From positions 10,062 through 74,061 of the forward strand of contig CANQMS010000003.1 in the NCBI GenBank assembly GCA_947624995.1: a DNA stretch of 64,000 bases, given 5' to 3'. The position numbers and the translations under genes are program-made. Shown here in pieces: positions 55,876 through 64,000 of this stretch (positions are counted from its first letter, which is position 1; the number at the start of each line of letters is the position of its first letter). A model generated the notes under the pieces. The model made no database searches and was not told the DNA's origin. It saw only the letters and a program-made list of their open reading frames with translations. Source of the DNA: an uncultured Clostridia bacterium (lineage in GTDB: Bacteria > Bacillota > Clostridia > Oscillospirales > CAG-272).

Positions 55876-56991
55876 ATGGAAGAATGGATCAACACGACAT
55901 GGGAAAAGCTCGACCGCAAGCTGCGCGCTTCCGCCGGGCGAAACGGCGACAAGCTGCCTTACACGGTACACGGCGGCAGGTTTGACGACGCGTCGAAGCC
56001 TAACATCACATGGTGGACAAACGGCTTCTGGCCGGCGCTCCTTTGGCTCATGTACGACGGTACGGGCGAGGAAGTCTACCGCCGTTCGGCTGAGAGCTGC
56101 GAGCGCATACTCGCGGGTGCGTTCGCCGAGTGCGACCGCCTCGACCACGACGTCGGCTTTCTCTTTCATCTCTCCTTCGGCGCAGACTACAAGATAACAA
56201 ATAGCTCCTCCGCCCGCAGATACGCGCTCTACGCCGCGAACCTGCTCGCCGGGCGCTACAACCCGAACGGCGAATTTCTGCGCTCGTGGAACGGCAGGGA
56301 CAACGTCGGCTGGGTCATTATTGACTGCATGATGAACATACCGCTCCTCTACTGGGCATCGGAGGAGACGGGCGACCCGCGCTACAAATACATCGCGATG
56401 AAGCACGCCGATAAGGTGCTGAAAACGCACATCCGCGCCGACGGCTCCGTCAATCACATCGTCGAGCTCGACCCGGACACGGGCGATATCATCCGCTCAT
56501 ACGGCGGGCAGGGCTTCTGCGAGGGCTCCTCGTGGTCGCGCGGGCAGTCATGGGCGCTGTACGGCTACGCGCTCTCATACGTCCACACCGGGGAGCAGCG
56601 CTATCTCGACGCCGCCAAGCGCGTCGCGCACTACTATATCGCCTGCGTTTCGGCGACGGGATACGTCCCGCGGATAGATTTCCGCGCGCCGGAAGAGCCC
56701 GTCCTCATAGACACGACATCGGGCGCCATTGCGGCATCGGGTCTTTGCGAGATCGCAAAAAGCGTCGGTGAAAACGAACGGGGAACGTATCTTTTCGCCG
56801 CCGAAAAAATACTTTGCGCGCTCGCGGAGTACTGCGACTGGGATCCCGAAACGGACGGCGTGCTCGGCATGGGTTCGGAAGCATACAACCCCGGCAGCGA
56901 CAAGGGACATCACATGCCGATCATATACGGCGACTATTTCTTCGCCGAGGCGCTCTACAAGCTGCGCGGCGGCAGGCTGCTCTTCTTCTGA
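55876..56991 (+). CDS. Glycoside hydrolase family 88 (unsaturated glucuronyl hydrolase-like)
   Basis: WWTNGFWPALLW, HDVGFLF, GWVIIDCMMNIPLLYWA and SWSRGQSWALYGY are present. I prefer the ATG at 55876. Confidence 0.85.
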   Translation: MEEWINTTWEKLDRKLRASAGRNGDKLPYTVHGGRFDDASKPNITWWTNGFWPALLWLMYDGTGEEVYRRSAESCERILAGAFAECDRLDHDVGFLFHLSFGADYKITNSSSARRYALYAANLLAGRYNPNGEFLRSWNGRDNVGWVIIDCMMNIPLLYWASEETGDPRYKYIAMKHADKVLKTHIRADGSVNHIVELDPDTGDIIRSYGGQGFCEGSSWSRGQSWALYGYALSYVHTGEQRYLDAAKRVAHYYIACVSATGYVPRIDFRAPEEPVLIDTTSGAIAASGLCEIAKSVGENERGTYLFAAEKILCALAEYCDWDPETDGVLGMGSEAYNPGSDKGHHMPIIYGDYFFAEALYKLRGGRLLFF

Positions 56992-57012
56992 CGGCGGCAG
57001 GCATAAAAAAGT

Positions 57013-57047
57013 GGGGGGAACCTTTCATGGGTTCCCCCTGTTTTTTG
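57013..57047. terminator. Bidirectional rho-independent terminator
   Basis: AAAAAA-GTGGGGGGAACC-tttcatg-GGTTCCCCCTG-TTTTTTG. Confidence 0.7.
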
Positions 57048-57103
57048 ATCTTTGCCCGGTCGAGCCCCGGGATCGGTCGCTGAGCCTTTTTGAGGCGCCC
57101 TTT

Positions 57104-59080
57104 TCAGACGGAGCTGCAATACGCGAAAACTCCCTTTGACGCGGGGAGGCTGATCTCCGCCTTTTCGTCGGGCGCGAGCTCCGTCTCTGTCTCCTCCGTC
57201 TGCTCCGGCTTCATGATCGAGAGCCCGAAGTCCTTGACGCGGAGGAAGATCTCCCCGCATTCGCGCACCGACTGCCACTCGTATATGTGATAGTCGGAGG
57301 AAACGCCGTACGCGTCTATGCCGAGCTCGCCCGCAATATAGAGCGCGCGCGGGAGCTGGTACTCCTGTGCGACAATGACGATGCGGTCCGCGCCGAACAA
57401 TTCCTTTGCGCGCAATATGCTGTCATACGTCGACTCGCACTCGAGATCGGTCAGGATGTCTCCGGACGGAACGCCGGACGCGAGCGCGTAATTTCTCATC
57501 ACTTCGGCGGCGTCGTGGTCGCGTTCATGCTTCTCACCGCTCATCAGAAGCTTGGGGGCTGCGCCGTTTTCGTAAAGTCCGACGCCGCAGTCGAGCCTGT
57601 CTTCGAGCATATCGTCTACGGTCCCGTCGAGCTTTGTCTCGCAGCCGAGGACGACTATGCAGTCAACTCCGTCGAGCTCTGCCGCCTCGGCGGAAAGGAT
57701 TATGCCGTCGTCGCCCTTCGCCATGACGTATACGTTTATACCTATGACGGCAGCCGCCGCGATTACAACGCATATCGACGTTGCGGCAGCCATGCGGCGC
57801 CGGCGCCGCCTCTCGGCGTTCGCGGTCCGCATATCCGCTTCCTCACACTTCAGCTTCTCGACGGAGAACGAGTGCTTTATGGGCTTCCAGTCTATTTTGC
57901 AGACGAGCGCCGCCACCGATATCGGCACGTAAGTGAACATGAAGAGCGGGAAGGTGAACATAAAGAAGAGCTTCTTCCACGCGGATGTGTGTATGTGCTT
58001 CCATTCTGTCAGCGTCGTGAACGCGCCGAACGAGAAGAGCGTAAAATACAGGCTCGATGCGAGCTGCCCGACAGCGCCCAGAACGACCATCATGTCGTCC
58101 CCCATCGCCGTCCCCCTGACGCCGAGCGCGATGTTGCAGAGCGCGGAGATGATCGAGAGAACGAACGCGGGCATTATCGTCATCGTCATGTCAAAGCAGG
58201 AAAAGCTCCCGCGGAACATGCCGCGTATCAGCTTTGCACCGTAGCCGCGGAACACCTGTATATATCCCTTCGACCAGCGCAAACGCTGCCGCCACGACTG
58301 CGAAAATTTCACGGGCTGCTCGTCAAAGAGCTCCGCCGTCGGGCAAAAGGCGATCTTTCGCCCCTTCAGTATCTCCTCAACGGAAAACTGGATGTCCTCC
58401 GTCAGCATATGGTACGGCCAGTTGCCTATCTCGTCCGCGACCTTGCGGCTGAACATGAAGCCCGTTCCCGAAACGGCACAGCTCGAACCGAGGAGGAAGC
58501 GCGCGTGGTTCAGATAGCGGCTCTCGCGCAAGAACCAGAGCGCGTAACCGGCGCTGATCCAGTTCGTGCCGAAATTCTTGCTGTTTCGGTAGCTCGTTAT
58601 AACGTCGTGACCCGCCGTGAACGTGCGGTTCATCTCTTCAAAATAGTTCGGTGAAAGGATGTTGTCCGCGTCAAAGACGAAGTATCCGTCAAAGCCCTCG
58701 GGGTAGTCCTCCCTGAGATGACCCATGAGCTCCGTCAGCGCGTAACCCTTGCCTATCAGCTCCGCGTTCTGCCGCGTATAGACGACGGCGCCCGCCGCCT
58801 CCGACACCTCTTTTGTGTTGTCGGTGCAGTTGTCCGCGAGCACAAAGATGTGGATGAGGCTCTGATCGTAAGTCTGGCTGCGTATACTCCCTATGAGGTC
58901 GCCGATGACCTCCGCCTCGTTTCTGGCGCAGATGAGCACCGCGAAGTTGTGCGGTTCGCTTTTTGTGTAAACCTTCTTTTTATGTAAGAGCCAAACGAGC
59001 GGTATAAACAGAAACTGATAAGCGTAGCAGACAGAAAACACTATGGTAATTATATAATTGATATACCGAAGCGTTCCCAC
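57104..59080 (-). CDS. Family-2 glycosyltransferase (polytopic, processive-type) fused in frame to a SanA/YdcF (DUF218) domain
   Basis: GT2 core: AVLICARNE...VLADNCTD...VFDADN...QRLRWSKG (QxxRW). From residue 417 comes MRTANAERRRRRRMAAATSICVVIAAAAV plus DCIVVLGC...KLLMSGEKH...IVIVAQEYQLPRALY, which is DUF218/SanA-like. GTG start after GGAGAAGGAGA. Confidence 0.8.
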   Translation of the reverse strand: MGTLRYINYIITIVFSVCYAYQFLFIPLVWLLHKKKVYTKSEPHNFAVLICARNEAEVIGDLIGSIRSQTYDQSLIHIFVLADNCTDNTKEVSEAAGAVVYTRQNAELIGKGYALTELMGHLREDYPEGFDGYFVFDADNILSPNYFEEMNRTFTAGHDVITSYRNSKNFGTNWISAGYALWFLRESRYLNHARFLLGSSCAVSGTGFMFSRKVADEIGNWPYHMLTEDIQFSVEEILKGRKIAFCPTAELFDEQPVKFSQSWRQRLRWSKGYIQVFRGYGAKLIRGMFRGSFSCFDMTMTIMPAFVLSIISALCNIALGVRGTAMGDDMMVVLGAVGQLASSLYFTLFSFGAFTTLTEWKHIHTSAWKKLFFMFTFPLFMFTYVPISVAALVCKIDWKPIKHSFSVEKLKCEEADMRTANAERRRRRRMAAATSICVVIAAAAVIGINVYVMAKGDDGIILSAEAAELDGVDCIVVLGCETKLDGTVDDMLEDRLDCGVGLYENGAAPKLLMSGEKHERDHDAAEVMRNYALASGVPSGDILTDLECESTYDSILRAKELFGADRIVIVAQEYQLPRALYIAGELGIDAYGVSSDYHIYEWQSVRECGEIFLRVKDFGLSIMKPEQTEETETELAPDEKAEISLPASKGVFAYCSSV

Positions 59081-59169
59081 GATACCGATCTCCTTCTCCC
59101 GGCAAAAACATTTTTACCAAATCGCGGGCGCGTCAAAAGGACAGCCGAAAACCCGCTTTTGTAAATAAT

Positions 59170-59198
59170 ATAATAGTATGCCGTCGCTTTTTTGTCAA
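59170..59198 (-). promoter_or_regulatory. Sigma-A promoter for the GT2-SanA gene
   Basis: On the minus strand: TTGACA, a 17-nt spacer, then TATTAT. Confidence 0.55.
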
Positions 59199-59287
59199 GA
59201 GTTTTGTTTCTTTTTTATTTGTACAGATTTCATAAAATTACGCGTCCCGCGCCGCCGCCTGATTCGCACATACGCGTGATCATGCCG

Positions 59288-59770
59288 TCAGCGCACGAAC
59301 AGGTCGACCTCACGGTCGTCCGGTCTCTCGAAGCGGTCGAGAAATTTTGCCGTGAGGCCTTCGTCAACGAAGTAATCGTCCGCCTCCCCCGCGGCGACCG
59401 CGGCGTTCCGCCCGGCGACCCTCCGCCGCCACGTTTCGCCGTCAATGTCGATAAAGTGCAGCTCGCACGGAATGCCGCGCGAGGCGAAAAGCGCCCGCGT
59501 CCCGCTGCGTTCCGCCGCCGTCCAGAAGCCCCAGTCGAGTATGACGCCGACGCCGGCGCGCACCAGCTGTACCGCGAGCCCCAAAAGATATTTTTTTACA
59601 CCGGCGGCGTATTCGTCGTGGCGCTCGCCCGCGTCTTGCCCGAACACGGACAGCATCACCCCGTCGACGGAAAGCGTGACCGCGCCCGTCCTCTCCGAAA
59701 GGGCTCGGGCATACGTCGTCTTCCCGCAGCAGAGCCCGCCGCATATCAGCGTAACACCGGCATTTTCCAT
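59288..59770 (-). CDS. Small P-loop NTPase/kinase (AAA_33 / zeta-toxin-like fold)
   Basis: Walker A GGLCCGKTT close to the N-terminus, and ILDWGF as a Walker B-like strand. The ATG at 59770 is preceded by GGGGAG. The gene lies 20 nt after the CotH gene. Confidence 0.65.
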   Translation of the reverse strand: MENAGVTLICGGLCCGKTTYARALSERTGAVTLSVDGVMLSVFGQDAGERHDEYAAGVKKYLLGLAVQLVRAGVGVILDWGFWTAAERSGTRALFASRGIPCELHFIDIDGETWRRRVAGRNAAVAAGEADDYFVDEGLTAKFLDRFERPDDREVDLFVR

Positions 59771-59789
59771 GTTCTCCCCTTCTTCCCCT

Positions 59790-62396
59790 TTAAAGCGCAC
59801 CTATCGCCCTGTCCATCCATTCGAATCTGTTTCTCATATATTCGCGGAGATACTCGAGCTGACCCGCGTATGTGTCGATCGCGACGGTCCTGTCGTCCTC
59901 AAGATGTATCTTTTTCCCGAGGATGTCCCAGCGCCTGAAGTTTTCGGCGGCGGACGGCGAGACGTTTTTCTCCGCGTCGTCGACCGTTTCGAGCCCTCTT
60001 TTCAGCATGAGCTTTCCGACCTCCGCCCACCGCGCCTTGACCCGCCCGACAAACGCCTCATCTTCGAGAAGATAATCGAGTATATTGTCCTTAATATAGT
60101 TGTATTTGTCCGTCATCGGCGTCCCGACGCTGATCCACTCCGAAAAGCTCTCCGAATCGAGCACAAAATTGCCGAACGCGTAGTCAAAATCCCACGGCGT
60201 GCAGAATATGAGCTTCCCGCCCTTTTCCTTCAAAAGGAAATCGCTGCGCCTGAATATCCCGTCGGCGTTATACGAAAATTCGTACAGCAGAAACCAGTCG
60301 ACGAGCGAGTCGACGTCGATCAGGGATCCGTAGTCCCCGCCCGTCTTTACGGCGTCCTCCACAGACTCTATGTAGGAGCTTATGTATTTATACTGTTTTT
60401 TCGTCAATACATCTTCATCCGGGCTTTTTATCAGGACGTACCTGAACAGCTCATGCGAGAAATTTGCGTACCCGAAGTCGGTCTTTTTCATCTCGCCGCC
60501 TATTTCGAGCAGGTAGTCGGTGTCGACCTCGGTCGAGTCCTCCTCCCCGGGGACGCGTCCGTCGTTGATCTCGACCTGCTCGCTTATCTGGTACACTCCC
60601 GCGTATTCGCCGTTTACGAAAAGGTCGACCTCGTACGCGCCCGGTACAAAAACGAAATTGCCGAGCACATCTGCTATCGAATACGCGAGCCTGTTCCTTA
60701 TGAGAGAGCGGTCGACGTGATTTGCGATCAGCACCCACTTTTTCGCCTTTTTCATGCCGAACAGCTTGACGCCGCTTTCAAACTTTATCTTGTACGGCTT
60801 TTTTTCAAGCTCCCATGAGGAATTTCCCCTGCCCCTGACCGACATGCGCGCGTCCGTTATCCCCTCGTATTCAAAAGCTCCGTTATAGTCTATGGAGAAC
60901 GTGCCGCCGATATATGTTTCCTTCGATTCGATCGCGGCGCCCCCGTCCGTCGTAATATGCACGACCGGCAGCCTGTATTCCGGCAATGAAAGCTCGACCA
61001 TGTAGCCGCGCACGCCGCCGCTCCCGTCGGTGACGGTATAATAATACGTGTCCCCGACGCGAGACAGCTCCCCGCTTCCGCTGCCGGACAGCTCCGCTCT
61101 GAATTCGGCGCGCCCGAAGTCTATGTTGTCCGCGTAGCCGAGCATGACTTTTATGACGTTTCCGTCGACCGTGAAATCGACCGACCTCTCCCCTTCGGCG
61201 ACCGAGCCGTATACGACCCCGACGGTGCCCGCGCCGCCCATGTGCGGGTCCGTCTCCTCGCCGTTGTAAAAAAGGACGTTCATGTGCCGCCCGACATAGT
61301 CCGCGTCGGGCTCGCCGCCCCGCCATGAAAGCCGGCAGTTCGGCGCGTCGACCCTTATCTTTTCGGAAAGCGCCGTGCCGTTCCCGGTGCAGTCGACGGA
61401 TATGTCCGCCGCCTCCGCCGTCTTTACGATCAGTCCGACGGATATTTTCACGTCGCCGGAGAACGACAGCGACATAGCCCGCGTCACCGTGCCGCCCTCG
61501 ACCGTGAGATCCCCCTCGCAGACGAGCCTTTCCACGTGCTGCGGTACATCGAGCCGCCCGTCCGGGAATATTGCCCGCCAGTCCTCCTCCGTGTCGACGT
61601 ACACCTCGCCGCAATCAATGCGTTTGCCGTTGACGGTGCGGGCGTAAACGCTGAACGCCCGTTCCTCGGTAAATCCGCCGAACGGCGACCTGACCGTGAA
61701 ATCCCATCCCGGCGCGTCACAGAACAGGCGCCCGCAGCGTATCTCGCCCTCGCCGTTTACGATCTTCATCTCGCCACAGGCGTCCGAGACAAACGTAAGC
61801 GCGCCCTCCGTCGAGAACGTGAACCCATTCGTTATCCACGAAAACGGCTCGCCGAAAGCGGCGCCGTCCGACGCGGCAATATCGGAGATCATGACGACCG
61901 TGTCCGCATATCCGCCGAGGAGCGCATTTGCGGAGGCGGCATACAGCACCTCCCCGCCGTCCGTCCCGAGCAGCACCGAGCAAGTGTATTCGCCATTCAG
62001 GCGCGATGTGTCAACAGTATCCGCGCCGCCATCAAACGAAAGCGCGGCGCGCTCGGTCCCGCCCGTCCCGTCCGCGCGGTCTAGCAGCAGCTCCGCCGCG
62101 GCGCCCGGGATATCGCACCTAACGGTGAGCTCGGATTCCGCGTCAAACACCGGGGACTGCGCCCCGGGATCAAGCGTTGAAAACAGAACGTCCTCCCCCG
62201 CAAAAACCGTCAGCGAGCCTGTCTCCGGCGCCGGTATATCCGTGACCGGCGCCGTCGAAGAGACCGCCGCATCCGTTTCCGTGGGCGTTCGCGCGGCGTT
62301 CACGGCAACGACGACGCACAATACCGCCGCGATCACGGCGGCAAGCGCCGACACGGATATCGCGGATATTATAATTATCTTTTTTCTGCGCTCCAT
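59790..62396 (-). CDS. CotH-family protein kinase-like protein with an N-terminal TM and a long extracytoplasmic N-terminal region
   Basis: The C-terminal half (RGNSSWELEKKPYKIKF...KKWVLIANHVDRSLIRNRLAY...PWDFDYAFGN) matches the CotH kinase fold motifs. The N-terminal anchor is IIIISAISVSALAAVIAAVLCVVVAV. Confidence 0.85.
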   Translation of the reverse strand: MERRKKIIIISAISVSALAAVIAAVLCVVVAVNAARTPTETDAAVSSTAPVTDIPAPETGSLTVFAGEDVLFSTLDPGAQSPVFDAESELTVRCDIPGAAAELLLDRADGTGGTERAALSFDGGADTVDTSRLNGEYTCSVLLGTDGGEVLYAASANALLGGYADTVVMISDIAASDGAAFGEPFSWITNGFTFSTEGALTFVSDACGEMKIVNGEGEIRCGRLFCDAPGWDFTVRSPFGGFTEERAFSVYARTVNGKRIDCGEVYVDTEEDWRAIFPDGRLDVPQHVERLVCEGDLTVEGGTVTRAMSLSFSGDVKISVGLIVKTAEAADISVDCTGNGTALSEKIRVDAPNCRLSWRGGEPDADYVGRHMNVLFYNGEETDPHMGGAGTVGVVYGSVAEGERSVDFTVDGNVIKVMLGYADNIDFGRAEFRAELSGSGSGELSRVGDTYYYTVTDGSGGVRGYMVELSLPEYRLPVVHITTDGGAAIESKETYIGGTFSIDYNGAFEYEGITDARMSVRGRGNSSWELEKKPYKIKFESGVKLFGMKKAKKWVLIANHVDRSLIRNRLAYSIADVLGNFVFVPGAYEVDLFVNGEYAGVYQISEQVEINDGRVPGEEDSTEVDTDYLLEIGGEMKKTDFGYANFSHELFRYVLIKSPDEDVLTKKQYKYISSYIESVEDAVKTGGDYGSLIDVDSLVDWFLLYEFSYNADGIFRRSDFLLKEKGGKLIFCTPWDFDYAFGNFVLDSESFSEWISVGTPMTDKYNYIKDNILDYLLEDEAFVGRVKARWAEVGKLMLKRGLETVDDAEKNVSPSAAENFRRWDILGKKIHLEDDRTVAIDTYAGQLEYLREYMRNRFEWMDRAIGAL

Positions 62397-62526
62397 ACCG
62401 CCCTCCCGCGCCGTTATTTACATACGCATTATATCAATTTTCGGGCGCTTTGTAAATATCCCCGGCGCCATCCGCCGTTATGTTTAAAAGGGCGCGGAAA
62501 GATCTTCTCTCCGCGCCCCGCGCCTT

Positions 62527-63492
62527 TTATGTCCAGAGCTCGCGCCAGTCGGACGCGCCCTCCCACAGGAACACCTGACCCTTTACAAGGCGGCAGTTTT
62601 TGTCCGCGCGCCTTATCGTCTCCATTTCGTCCGCCGAGAGTGGGTCTCCGCACACGCAGTCGAGGTTCGACCTGTACTGCGCCTCCTTGACCGAAAACGG
62701 TATCGGCGCCGCCCCGGACTGCACCGCCCACTTGAGGCAGACCGCCGCCGGATGTACACCGTGCGCCTCCGCGATCCTTTTGATCTCGGGCATCTCCATC
62801 GCCGCGATATCACCGTCCGCCCTGTCGCGTTCGGGTCTCGACGGCGAGCCGAGCGGGCAAAATCCTATCGGGCGGATGCCTTTTTCGAGCGCGAACGATA
62901 ATAGCTCCGGCTGCTGGTGCGCCGGGTGCAGCTCCGCCTCGAGCGCCGCCGGCATGATCTCCATTTTCGGCAGCGTCTTTTTGAGCTTTGACACGGTCAT
63001 GTTTGAGACGCCTATCGCGCGGATCAGTCCCTCCCTGTAAAGCTCCTCGCACTGTCTGTACGTATCCATGAATTCCTCGACCGAAAACGGCACGGAATCC
63101 GGGTTTCTCGCGTCCCCGGCGCAACCCGGAGCGTGGTAGTTCGGGTACGGCCAGTGAATAAAATACAGATCGAGATACGAGAGCCCGAGCGCGGCGAGGG
63201 ACCGTCTGCAAGAGGTCCCGACCTCGCGGTGATGATCGTTCCACACCTTGGAGGTGATAAACAGCTCGTCGCGGCTGACGACGTCCTCGTCAAACAGCCT
63301 GCCGAGCGCGCCGCCGATCTCCGCCTCGTTCCCGTACACCTCGGCGCAGTCTATCAGCCTGTACCCGTACTTGACGGCGCCGTATACGGCGGCGGCGATC
63401 TCCGCTGCCGTATATTTATCGGAGCCGAACGTCCCGAGCCCGATCACGGGCATCTGCCGCCCGTTATTCAGCGTATATGTCGGTGCCTTCAT
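62527..63492 (-). CDS. Aldo/keto reductase
   Basis: MPVIGLGTF, IDCAEVYGNE, LDLYFIHWP and LGSPSRP are present. Confidence 0.88.
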   Translation of the reverse strand: MKAPTYTLNNGRQMPVIGLGTFGSDKYTAAEIAAAVYGAVKYGYRLIDCAEVYGNEAEIGGALGRLFDEDVVSRDELFITSKVWNDHHREVGTSCRRSLAALGLSYLDLYFIHWPYPNYHAPGCAGDARNPDSVPFSVEEFMDTYRQCEELYREGLIRAIGVSNMTVSKLKKTLPKMEIMPAALEAELHPAHQQPELLSFALEKGIRPIGFCPLGSPSRPERDRADGDIAAMEMPEIKRIAEAHGVHPAAVCLKWAVQSGAAPIPFSVKEAQYRSNLDCVCGDPLSADEMETIRRADKNCRLVKGQVFLWEGASDWRELWT

Positions 63493-63495
63493 CGT

Positions 63496-64000
63496 TTATT
63501 CCCCGGGAAATGTGACCGCGACCTTGCCGCACGCGCCGGACGCCATGAGCGCATACGCCTCGCCCGCCCTCTCTAGCGGGAACTCGTGCGTTATCAGCTC
63601 CTCCGGGTGGACTCCCCAACGAACGAGCAGCTCGACGAGCTCCTCCATCTTCCAGAGGCTCGTCACCCATGAACCGTATATAGTCTTCTGACCGTGGATT
63701 ATGTCCGGGCTCGGCGTAAACGAGCATGTTCCGCCCTCGCCGACGAACGCGATCTTGCCCCATTCGCGCGTCCCGCGTATGGCGAGCACGCGCCCGGGGT
63801 CGGAGGCGGAGGCGTCTATGGCGCGCTCGCAGCCGTGCCCGCCCGTGACGGCGAGGATGTTGTCGAGCGCCTTTTCGTCGGACTTGAACACGTAGTCGGC
63901 AAGCCCGAGGCTGCGGCAGAGCTCGATCCTGTAGTCGGAGAGCTCGACGCCTATGAGAGTCTTCGCCCCCATCGCGCGGCAGAGCATCAGCGCCGCGAGC
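63496..64000 (-). CDS. Zinc-type alcohol dehydrogenase-like protein, C-terminal part (5' end outside window)
   Basis: The ORF is open to the window edge. It has the Rossmann-domain tail typical of MDR dehydrogenases (GAKTLIGVELSDYRIELCRSLGA...GKVAVTF). Confidence 0.7.
   Translation of the reverse strand, partial: LAALMLCRAMGAKTLIGVELSDYRIELCRSLGLADYVFKSDEKALDNILAVTGGHGCERAIDASASDPGRVLAIRGTREWGKIAFVGEGGTCSFTPSPDIIHGQKTIYGSWVTSLWKMEELVELLVRWGVHPEELITHEFPLERAGEAYALMASGACGKVAVTFPGE

Noticed and set aside
26161-57870. Stop-codon reassignment as an explanation for the three unusually long fused ORFs.
   Set aside because: TAA, TGA and TAG all terminate well-supported neighbouring genes (for example TAA for trkH, TGA for recQ, TAG for rsmA). 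The fused ORFs contain no in-frame stop at all.

Overview
This is a visibly GC-rich chromosomal segment. Gene content suggests a Gram-positive anaerobe, probably Clostridia: a CIRCE heat-shock operator, a CotH kinase, a PerR/rubrerythrin locus, and GH51/GH88/SGNH plant-polysaccharide genes. I call about 50 protein-coding genes and see no rRNA, tRNA, CRISPR array, transposase or integrase. Most genes are housekeeping or carbohydrate/envelope functions: trkAH, rsmA, recQ, glyQS, dusB, asnS, nadE, fumC, malic enzyme and three tandem M42 peptidases. The many long antisense ORFs in the track are shadow ORFs of a GC-rich genome. The stand-out is a four-gene operon at 34917-42926 with its own near-consensus promoter. 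It encodes a TerB-N/TerB-C protein, a BrxD/DUF2791-type P-loop ATPase, an Lhr-like DExH helicase, and a RecB-type nuclease fused to an XPD/DinG-type Fe-S helicase. The first three genes have the domain make-up of the Shango anti-phage system, and the ATPase plus helicase resemble the BrxD+BrxHI pair of BREX. The fourth gene looks like an extra effector, and a perfect 46-bp palindrome splits the operon in two. Secondary points of interest: an ECF sigma factor with an ~860-aa C-terminal extension; two convergent secreted HEXXH proteins sharing a GGCGS-TM-basic C-terminal signal; a rubredoxin/GltS-like/rubrerythrin fused ORF behind a PerR-like gene; a GT2-SanA fusion next to a CotH kinase; a 39-bp coding tandem repeat; a 49-bp palindrome in a divergent promoter region; and a small membrane-protein gene broken at two homopolymer runs, which warns of possible indel errors in the assembly. 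All domain calls come from reading motifs by eye; no searches were run.
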